DNA of 64,000 nucleotides from contig OZ024749.1 in assembly GCA_964016885.1 (NCBI GenBank), forward strand, positions 20,212,001 to 20,276,000, written 5' to 3'. The notes beneath the pieces are model-generated. The model saw only the letters and a program-made list of their open reading frames with translations. It made no database searches and was not told the origin of the DNA. Below, one piece after another: positions 1-7,596 of the stretch. This DNA comes from Eledone cirrhosa (Eukaryota). The stretch's first letter is position 1, and every line of letters begins with the position of its first letter. The position numbers were made by a program, and so were the translations under genes.

Positions 1-90
1 GGCACAAAGCCAGCAATAACCAGTGCATTACTGGTACTTTATTTTATCGACCCCGGAAGGATGAAAGGCAAAGTTAACCTCGGCAGCATT
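1..90 (-). mobile_element. Fragment of a tRNA-derived SINE (cephalopod/Octopus-type central domain)
   Basis: The minus strand reads gccgaggttaactttgcctttcatccttccggggtcgataaaataaagtaccag. This resembles the conserved SINE body that follows the pol III B-box in octopus SINEs. The B-box itself is degraded or absent. Recognised from memory; no search was run. Confidence 0.65.
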
Positions 91-204
91 TAAGAATAAT
101 GCTAATAAAGTTGTTAAACGAAAATGACAGAGGTTATTAATAATAGTAAAAGTAAATAAAGATGAGAACATTAAAGTATAGTTTAGATTTAGACCTGTGC
201 ATAA

Positions 205-368
205 GTATACACCAACGCATACATACATATACAAACGCACACACAAATATATATATATATATATATACATACATATACACATACATACACGTATACACAC
301 ACCATATATATATACACGTACACACACATACGCATATACACGCGCACACCCACATATACACACACATA
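205..368. repeat. Compound (TA)n/(CA)n microsatellite
   Basis: Alternating purine-pyrimidine tract, directly visible. Confidence 0.95.
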
Positions 369-492
369 CGATAGGACGGCCGGGATTATTTTGTTTGTGT
401 ATTTTGGGGAGGAAGTAGATGGTGGGTGTGCAAGGAGTGCGTACAATAAGGTTGGTGACTGAGAGGAGGAGATGAGCTGGTGGATGGTGAAG
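367..492 (-). pseudogene. Penelope-like retroelement reverse transcriptase, N-terminal fragment (frameshifted; Neptune/Poseidon-type motif)
   Basis: Minus-strand translation gives TIHQLISSS, then after a frameshift LSVTNLIVRTPCTPTIYFLPKIHKQNNPGRPIV. YxLPKIHK...PGRPIV is the characteristic start of the PLE RT domain. The fragment is cut off by the microsatellite at 367. Confidence 0.85.
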
Positions 493-495
493 TGG

Positions 496-835
496 GTAGC
501 AAACAACTCTTCGAAAACATATATAGGTTCTACTTCGAACAACTTCAAGACGAGATACAACTCGCACCTCCACTCTTTCAAAAAACACAATCTAGCTAGC
601 TCCACTTCTTTATCTAGCTACATACACTCTCTGAAAACTAGGAATAGACCATTTGCACTGCAATTGGAAGTAGTTGGTAGGGCCTCATCGTATAAACCAC
701 CGAATAAATTGTGTAATCTCTGCCTTCTGGAGACCCATACTATAATCTTTTCGAAACTAGACCTCCTTAATAGAAAGTCAGAGATATTTTCCTCGTGCCA
801 ACACCGGTACCGACACTCGTTCCATAACTTTAAAC
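496..835 (+). pseudogene. GIY-YIG endonuclease of a 5'-truncated Penelope-like element (Naiad-type C-terminal EN)
   Basis: Inside ORF 472-1020: KTYIGSTSNNFKTRYNSH..SF...STSLSSYIHSLK...ASSY....KLCNLCLLE...LLNRKSEIFSSCQH. This contains the YIG motif, the catalytic R, E and N, and CxxC...CxH. The upstream GIY half and the cognate RT are missing. The ATG at 472 lies inside the opposite-strand RT fragment, so it is not a genuine start. Confidence 0.85.
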
Positions 836-2118
836 CTAGCTGTTACAACAATGTCAGATTTGAATTTCCCACCACCATTAACACTACACATCTAGGACTT
901 AGCAGCACCCACAACCACAAACCCCTCGACCAACTCTTTCCGCTACACAACTCCTATTCATCTATAACCTTATGCTCTGCAATAACAGTTAGAATTAGAC
1001 ATAGAGTTACCACCTTGTGATATAACTACAATAGATTACTTATATCATATACAGTAATGGATATTTGGCACTTGGTGTGTAGAGACATTTAATGTAATAT
1101 GTGATAATAAACTATATGTGCATTTATAATTGTATAATTAAATGCTTAAATTACACAACATAATAATAATAAAGTATATAATTAAATATAAAATGTAATA
1201 GCATTGTATATTAGGGATTATATTATTACACATATAGCATATCTATTATGACATATTAACAACTGTATAATCCTTCATAACATATACCTTGTCCAGTAAT
1301 GAATAGATAACAATCTTATGAAACCTCTAATGTATGATAGTAGAATACATTGTATTTAAAATCAAGCATAAATATACAGGGTTATGTAACAGAGATCCAA
1401 TGGTATCACATTATATTGTGTATTAGAACAAAGAATTTTAATAACTGAATTGAACTTAATTAGCTAGTTACCTCACCTTACGCATTAGCTCCCCTTATTC
1501 ACTTCCGGATATTAACGATTGAAAATTTAACGGTTGAATATGAATTCATTAAGACTAATTTACAATCCATTGCTCTAACTAACTTAAAACATTCAATATA
1601 AACATTAACTAAAGTTTAATTCAACATATGTCATGGAAAAGTCTGCAAAAACTATGTTTCTCAACACATTAATTCAAACACCATCAACATCCACCATAGA
1701 CTCTAATACATTAACATATTTGCTTTAACTGCAGTATTTATTCATCTATATATGCATAATAGCTTTGCTTGTCTCCTTCTCATGTATATGACTTACGCAG
1801 TCACACTATCCACACACCTGCATATGAATTGTTATTGCACTCTTCCTTTCTCAAAACTACTTCCTCAATGCCTCTTTAATATTTGGACTATTCCCTTGTT
1901 TTAACTGTTGTATGTATTCCACTCCGTGCTTTTGATTTTAATTTAATTTTAATTTTAATTTGAACTTGAATGTTTGTACAATTATTGTACAATATCGTAA
2001 AATATGTCACATCCATTCCACCCCGTAAATACGAAACTGTTGCTCACAACATCAATTTATATGTATCTATATTATCGTTCAGTTGAATAGGAGGTTAATT
2101 ATATGTGCAAACATTGAT

Positions 2119-2168
2119 AATGCTCCGATGATTAAACGAGAGTTTGGAAGAAACGATTGTCAGCTATT
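2119..2168 (+). ncRNA. Degenerate minimal type I hammerhead ribozyme
   Basis: Stem I gct (2122-2124) pairs with agc (2162-2164). The core is CCGATGA (2125-2131), one change from CUGAUGA. Stem II is ttaaac-GAGA-gtttgg. It is followed by GAAAC (2150-2154), gatt and a GTC cleavage triplet (2159-2161). Confidence 0.55.
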
Positions 2169-2336
2169 AAATGATTTGAACACAACTTTGATAATTGTAT
2201 AATTTATTTATTTTCCTGCTCTGTAAAACAACTGATGTTCATACATTGAGCTATTTCTCTTACTGGTAATAAGGTAATTAATAAATTACTGGCCTTCCTG
2301 TTTATAGTTGTTTATACTATATACATAACTATAAAT

Positions 2337-2347
2337 AGTATTATTAT

Positions 2348-2400
<53 letters not shown>

Positions 2401-2466
2401 TATATGTATATATATATATAGAGAGACATAATTATAATTTTATATGTATGTGTGTGCGTGTGTGTT
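2337..2466. repeat. (ATT)n/(TA)n/(GT)n microsatellite cluster
   Basis: Directly visible. Confidence 0.9.
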
Positions 2467-2587
2467 TACTGAACTTACTTGAAATATATACCAGTCAATT
2501 TAGAACACATACACACACACGTGTATGTCTATAAACTTATTTACATATATTTGTGTGTATATATGTGTATATCCTTTGTTTGTCAAT

Positions 2588-2683
2588 ATATTTCTCTATA
2601 AACCAGTTGAAATTCCTACATCATATCTATTACATGATTTTCTTGTTATTTGTTCATTCTAAAATTTCCTCGTCAGGAAATAT
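2588..2683 (-). ncRNA. Degenerate hammerhead ribozyme with long stem II
   Basis: Minus strand: atatttc-CTGACGA-ggaaatttta...taggaatttc-aactggtt-tataga-gaaatat. Stem I (atatttc/gaaatat) and the base of stem II are present. The GAAA box is damaged. Confidence 0.4.
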
Positions 2684-2788
2684 TTGTAGAATGTCGTTCG
2701 TCTGTGATTCCATTTAAATGGTTTCAAAGAACTGACTGGTTTGTTACTGCTGCGTTTCTTGACTGACTAGAACTGTACGCAATTGACC

Positions 2789-2821
<33 letters not shown>

Positions 2822-2911
2822 AATGAAAGGTATAGCTCGTTGGTCAGTCGTCCTCCGTGTCTCTGATTTTCGGACCCATGGATTTTTATATATTCTTTTG
2901 TTATATTTCGA

Positions 2912-2969
2912 ATACCTGATGATATCACCGGATTCATACGGAACCCGGTCATTGAAATGATCATAGTAT
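2912..2969 (+). ncRNA. Minimal type I hammerhead ribozyme, core boxes intact
   Basis: atac (2912-2915) - CTGATGA (2916-2922) - stem II (accgg-a-ttc-atacg-gaa-c-ccggt) - GAAA (2954-2957) - TGATCA palindromic stem/loop III - TA cleavage site (2964-2965) - gtat (2966-2969). The first stem II pair is U-U rather than the canonical G-C. The motif lies in an approximately 200-bp segment bounded by (TA)n on both sides. Confidence 0.8.
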
Positions 2970-3065
2970 AATAAACTTTTCAAGGATTTACACCAGTCCA
3001 GCCTCCTGTTATTTTATTCATAATATATATATATATATAATATATATATATATATATTTACACAT

Positions 3066-3114
<49 letters not shown>

Positions 3115-3119
3115 CATAT

Positions 3120-3383
3120 AATAAATGTAATCTGAGTTTTTCGAATATCAATAATAACTGTCGATTCGCTTGTAATTATGCAAACAAACCTCAATTTTAT
3201 AGCCATGTCAGTAGAATGAACCCTTCATTCTTGCTCTTGTGTAGTTCTGTTCGCATGCCAACACAAGAGCAAGAATGAAGGGTTCATTCTACTGACATGG
3301 CTATAAAATTGAGGCTTGTTTGCATAATTGCAAACGAATCGAATGTTATTATTAATATTCTAAAAACTCACATTACATTTATT
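3120..3383. repeat. Long inverted repeat (123-bp arms, 18-nt loop)
   Basis: Arms 3120-3242 and 3261-3383 have 8 mismatches and no indels. The left arm abuts (TA)n at 3023-3120. Confidence 0.95.
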
Positions 3384-3596
3384 GTATTCAGCCATGTAGA
3401 GCGAAATTTTCTTTTATATATATATTATACTTGGGGGGGGGGGGGGTCATATTTGTGTAATAATATTACTAGAATTAATAATAGAACACACTCACTGTTT
3501 GGTTGGTTTTCGCTTCTGTGTCTTTTATATCGGTTAATTTAATTTATTCGGTTCTCAATGTTACCATATAGATACAAACATATATATATAGTCTAA

Positions 3597-3635
3597 CAAA
3601 GTTCTTTCGTTGCATATCTGCAACACCGTCAGTGG
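3597..3635 (-). ncRNA. Degenerate, truncated hammerhead-like motif
   Basis: Minus strand: ca-CTGACGGT-gttgca-gata-tgcaac-GAAA-gaactt. Stem II is perfect and followed by GAAA, but the core is altered and the 3' strand of stem I is not evident. Confidence 0.3.
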
Positions 3636-3732
3636 TGCTATTATGTTTCCCCCCGTTGTATTGTATGCCTTTCATATCAAAAACCTCGCAAAACTATATA
3701 TATATATATATTAGAAAGTGAGGCTTTTTTAC

Positions 3733-3765
3733 AAAATGAAAAATAACCGAGGTGTCCTACACGAG

Positions 3766-3825
<60 letters not shown>

Positions 3826-4010
3826 AGAAAAACCACAGACCCTCCATCTCAACTCTACTTTTGAAAAGCAGAAGAACTGCGAAACCGGTAAAGGAACCAA
3901 ATAAATATATATATATTTTTTTTAAATAAGACTCCAGTTGCATTTTCGATTTCATCTTTTTTTTCTTTATACTTTCACTCGTGTAGGACACCTTGGTTAT
4001 TTTTCATTTT
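3733..4010. repeat. 37-bp inverted repeat pair (3733-3769 and 3974-4010)
   Basis: aaaatgaaaaataaccgaggtgtcctacacgagtgaa and its reverse complement differ by 1 mismatch. The spacer contains (TA)n and a degenerate hammerhead. Confidence 0.9.
3858..3893 (+). ncRNA. Degenerate minimal hammerhead ribozyme
   Basis: ctt - TTGAAAA (two transitions from CTGAAGA) - gcag-aagaa-ctgc - GAAA - CCGG - TA - aag. Stem I, stem II and the palindromic loop III (accggt) are all in register. Confidence 0.5.
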
Positions 4011-4018
4011 AGGTTTTG

Positions 4019-4076
4019 CCGTCTGAAGAATGCAGGCTATCTAAACTGATAGTTCTCAGTGAAATATGTATAATGG
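4019..4076 (+). ncRNA. Minimal type I hammerhead ribozyme, core boxes intact
   Basis: ccgt (4019-4022) - CTGAAGA (4023-4029) - stem II (gctatc-taaact-gatagt, imperfect base) - GAAA (4061-4064) - TATGTA - TA (4071-4072) - atgg (4073-4076). Confidence 0.72.
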
Positions 4077-4249
4077 AGTTTTAAATAAACCGGAATTAAC
4101 TGAATATGGCCTCCGATCTTTTATCAACATTTATTTCACGTTGCTCCTTCTGCCTGGAGTTGCGACAGACAGATAGTAGTAGCAATTGGAAAGACCAATG
4201 GAAACATTCTTTCCTCAGTCCGATTTGATGAGCTCCACCCCACTCCACT

Positions 4250-4283
<34 letters not shown>

Positions 4284-4287
<4 letters not shown>

Positions 4288-4404
4288 AAGTATGACCCCG
4301 ACGGCAGAGCTCAAGCCGTTTCGATGGCTATTTCTGGACCGAAATAGAGTCCAAAAATAGCCGTCGAAACGGCTTGAGCTCTGCCGTCGGGGTCATACTT
4401 TTTC
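4284..4404. repeat. Inverted repeat (56-bp arms, 9-nt loop), relatively GC-rich
   Basis: Arms 4284-4339 and 4349-4404 have 2 mismatches. The left arm starts directly after (TA)n at 4254-4283. Confidence 0.95.
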
Positions 4405-4568
4405 CTACTTCCCACTCTACTACCCCAAGTATTAAGTACTCTGGTGCGTTATGGTCCATCTGGTTCCTTACCACAATTCCTTCGTTATATATATATATCA
4501 AATTAAAAGATATAGGAATATATATAGAGAGAAAGAGCCATATATCATCAGAGAAATATATATGTATG

Positions 4569-5121
4569 CCGAGGTGTAACAAAGGAAAATAGTGCCTATG
4601 GCAAACACTGAAATTATGCCCCTGCCCATGCAGCAAGCTATATAGTAGTTGTTAGACAATGGGATTGACAGCGCAGTTTAAATAAATGAGGGTTTAGGGT
4701 ATAAAACTACATTTTCGTTTATTCTACATGTATTTTTTATGCTTAAGTCTATGTAAAGTATTGCAAAAGTGTTAGTGTAGTGATCTGTGTAATATTGATC
4801 TTTGACAAATATTAAAACCCTATTAAAATATTTGACAAGTCATACTATGAGGTATGCCTCTGTGATCATGTAGTTCACAGCACTGTATTTTTACCTATGG
4901 AGGCCTAATAATTTATATAAATGATTTAATGATCCAGCCACCATAGTGTTTCTCAGCCATGATAATCAAAGACAGATCATACATCTGAAGGAGTTTCTTT
5001 TTTCACTCTCTGACGATAGCTGACCTGACTTTAATAGAAAGTGATCCTAGTCCAGGTAGAGCCCCCATCAAGTGGCGCTCATGGCACGTGACATGCTTGT
5101 CATACTCTAGATACGCCTCTT
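4569..5121 (+). mobile_element. Non-autonomous hAT-type DNA transposon (MITE), longer and more decayed copy
   Basis: Degenerate TIRs ccgaggtgtaac (4569) and gatacgcctctt (5121) are flanked by the 8-bp direct repeat tatgtatg (4561-4568 and 5122-5129). Both ends and the interior are homologous to the copy at 7158-7453. Confidence 0.75.
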
Positions 5122-5461
5122 TATGTATGTATATATGTGTGTATGTGTGTGAGTGTGTGTACATAGGAGCGGGCTGTTCCCTTGATTAAAAAAAAACTGG
5201 AACACGCATCGTCGATATCCACGTAGGTCCATTCCAGATTTACATAGAATTGGTGTCATTCAGAAGACATTAATCTCAACATTTAAATATTTAACTCGGT
5301 CTCCAAGCTCTCCAAATTCTACAAACGAACTGGTGCTTAATGGGACTTCTGGGAAAACGGTAGTTCTAAAGGAATTTATACATTCATAATATAGGTTTAC
5401 ATTTGTTATTTAGTTAATTTGTTATTTAGTTAATGTTGAGACAACATTAAAATATTATTAT

Positions 5462-5613
5462 AAATGTAAGCTATTGCCGTATTTTGACTAAAGAAATTAT
5501 TTAGCCTGTTAAGAACCCTCGGAGAAATGGAAAAAGATGAGTATTGACGGTTCTTAACCCCACTATCAGGCTAAATAATTTCTTTAGTCAAAATACGGCG
5601 AAAGCTTACATTT
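5462..5613. repeat. Inverted repeat (about 56-bp arms, one bulge, 31-nt loop)
   Basis: aaatgtaagct..gccgtattttgactaaagaaattatttagcctg-ttaagaacc (5462-5517) pairs with 5549-5613. Confidence 0.9.
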
Positions 5614-5712
5614 CTAATCATTTCAAACCCACTCGCTGTTTCGAAAATATTCTTACTTGATATATGTATATATATATATGGTCCATCTGGTTCCTTATCA
5701 CATTTCCTTCGT

Positions 5713-5741
<29 letters not shown>

Positions 5742-5745
<4 letters not shown>

Positions 5746-6010
5746 TGTTATACTTTGGGAGGGTCATGTTGCCAATAAGAAACACACGCACCAGTTGCTT
5801 TCACTTCAATTTATTATAATAAATTTATAAATTTCTGGTTGGTTGGTTGGTTCCAATATAAACAACTATCTGGTTGTGGAACCAACCAACCAACCAACCA
5901 GAAATTTATAAATTCCTAAATTTATAAATTTATTATAATAAATTGAAGTGAAAGCAACTAGTGCGTGTGTTTCTTATTGGCAACATGACGCTCCCAAAGT
6001 ATAACAATAT
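5742..6010. repeat. Long inverted repeat (about 114/134-bp arms, 21-nt loop) containing (TTGG)n/(CCAA)n
   Basis: Arms are 5742-5855 and 5877-6010. The right arm carries a local duplication of aaatttataaatt. The left arm abuts (TA)n at 5713-5745. Confidence 0.93.
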
Positions 6011-6064
6011 CGGTTTCAACACACGTTTTCAGATAAAGAATCTTGCTAAACAAATTCAGAAACG

Positions 6065-6095
<31 letters not shown>

Positions 6096-6151
6096 GTGGA
6101 TTTCCCTAATTGGAAATGGCCACCTTACAAATGTGTATATCTAATACGGTA

Positions 6152-6363
6152 GACTCTTTCTCTCACTCTCTCATTTATCTCTCTCTCTATCTATCTACCA
6201 CTCTCTCTCTTTCCCTCTATCTATCTATCTGTGTATCTGTCTGTCTGTCTGTATCCTGTCTGTCAGCTGCGCATGTGACTTGATCCATCAGATCTGACAG
6301 TTCACATCTTTAGAACTAGGTGACCTGGTAGGTGTGTCTCTCTCTCTGTCTCTCTCTCTCTGC

Positions 6364-6406
<43 letters not shown>

Positions 6407-6648
6407 TCAACTTTACTAATACAGAAATGTTCACATACACACACATTCACACACACAGTCATACATACAGATATACACACAAACACAGTGACATAGACAT
6501 ACACACACATAAAGAGTCAGCCAGACCTTCACACACACACACACACACACACACACATAAAACACAGACACACATACAAACTCACACAGACACTCACAGA
6601 GGCACACACACAGATACACAAAGAGAGAGAGACAGCCATACAGAGACT
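6152..6648. repeat. Compound (CT)n, (CTAT)n, (CTGT)n, (CA)n microsatellites
   Basis: Directly visible low-complexity tracts. Confidence 0.9.
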
Positions 6649-6679
6649 GGCAGTAGTAGTAGTGGTGGTGGTACTGTAG

Positions 6680-6717
<38 letters not shown>

Positions 6718-6835
6718 GGTGGTGGTAGTGGTGGTGGTACTGTAGGTAGTTGTAGTAGTAGTAGTAATAGTGGTGGTGGTAGTAGTAGTAGTGGTAGTAG
6801 TAGTAGTAGCAATGGTGATAGTGTAGGTGGTAATG

Positions 6836-6870
<35 letters not shown>

Positions 6871-6960
6871 GTAGGTGGTAATGGTAGTCGTAGTAGTAGT
6901 AGTAGTAGTAGTAGTAGTGTTGACAGTGGTGGTGGTGGTAGTAGTAGTAATAGTAGTTTG
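6649..6960. repeat. Compound (AGT)n/(GGT)n trinucleotide microsatellite
   Basis: Directly visible. It accounts for the poly-S/G, poly-Y/H and poly-L/P ORFs in the track. Confidence 0.95.
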
Positions 6961-7074
6961 GAGGAGGAGGGGGGAACTTGATATCAGGTGAGTTCATAAA
7001 TCAGAATTTGTGTAGTTGTCTTTGAGTGTGTTTATCACACTGGACATTGGTGTTATTTTGTTAGCATGTAACCC

Positions 7075-7116
7075 TAGGTCAGCCACAGGTCAGTCACAGG
7101 TCAACCACAGTCAACC
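7075..7116. repeat. Short 11-bp tandem repeat (aggtcagccac-like, about 4 copies)
   Basis: aggtcagccac aggtcagtcac aggtcaaccac agtcaacc. Confidence 0.8.
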
Positions 7117-7157
7117 TACCTACATGGTCAAGCAGATTTATAGTATGTATAGATAGC

Positions 7158-7453
7158 CAGAGGCATAACCAGGGTATGGCAAGCATGGTACGAGCCATAA
7201 TGCCATATGAAGGGGGGCGCCACTTGGACTAGGAGCGTGTTCCATTAAAGTCAAATATACCTCGTCAGAGAGTGAAAAAGAAACTCCTTCAGATGTATGA
7301 TCTATCTCTGATTATCATGGCTGAGAAACACTATGGTGGCTGGATCATTAAACCATTTATATAAATTATTAGGCCTCCATAGGTAAAAATACAGTGCTGG
7401 GCAGAAGCGCAATTTCACTGCATGCCATAGGCGCTCCCCTAGTTATGCCTCTG
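7158..7453 (-). mobile_element. Non-autonomous hAT-type MITE, 296 bp, internally deleted relative of 4569-5121 in opposite orientation
   Basis: 17-bp TIRs cagaggcataaccaggg (7158-7174) and ccctagttatgcctctg (7437-7453) have 1 mismatch. The 8-bp TSD tagatagc is perfect (7150-7157 and 7454-7461). CAG termini with an 8-bp TSD fit the hAT superfamily. Confidence 0.88.
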
Positions 7454-7596
7454 TAGATAGCCGACATTTGAACCCCTAACGTAATCCACAGCAGAAATTA
7501 GTGTGAAACAATGTTACAATGCTGGTCCTTTGAATTACAAGTACAGAAGCGGAGTGGGTCTTAAAACAGGTCAGTGTATCCTTACAAACTACTGAC

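Larger units (their letters stand above)
496..2336 (+). mobile_element. Probable extent of the 5'-truncated PLE copy: EN plus long AT-rich 3' region with a hammerhead-like motif
   Basis: Microsatellite-free AT-rich sequence runs from the EN to the (ATT)/(TA)n tract at about 2337 and contains a hammerhead-like motif at 2119-2168, as expected for a PLE terminal repeat. The 3' boundary is inferred. Confidence 0.5.

Noticed and set aside
472-1020. Intact 182-aa stand-alone nuclease gene, or selenoprotein-type Naiad
   Set aside because: The N-terminus comes from the antisense RT fragment and the GIY motif is missing. The cysteines of CxxC and CxH are ordinary TGT/TGC with no in-frame TGA, and no SECIS could be identified by eye.
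4130-4225. CTGAGGA...GAAA on the minus strand as a hammerhead
   Set aside because: No closing stem I or valid stem III and cleavage triplet was found.
4688-4700. Telomeric repeat or subtelomere signal (ttaggg)
   Set aside because: It is a single hexamer inside a MITE. There is no telomeric array in the window, so chromosomal position cannot be inferred.
6005-6036. Further hammerhead-like string on the minus strand (ctgaaaa-cgtgtgtt-gaaa-ccga-ta)
   Set aside because: The core is altered, and neither stem I nor stem II can pair.
137-6997. Short ORFs rich in YI/CV/HT/S/G/Y repeats
   Set aside because: They are translations of (TA)n, (CA)n and (AGT/GGT)n microsatellites, or mirror ORFs created by hairpins (3018/3297 and 4096/4374).
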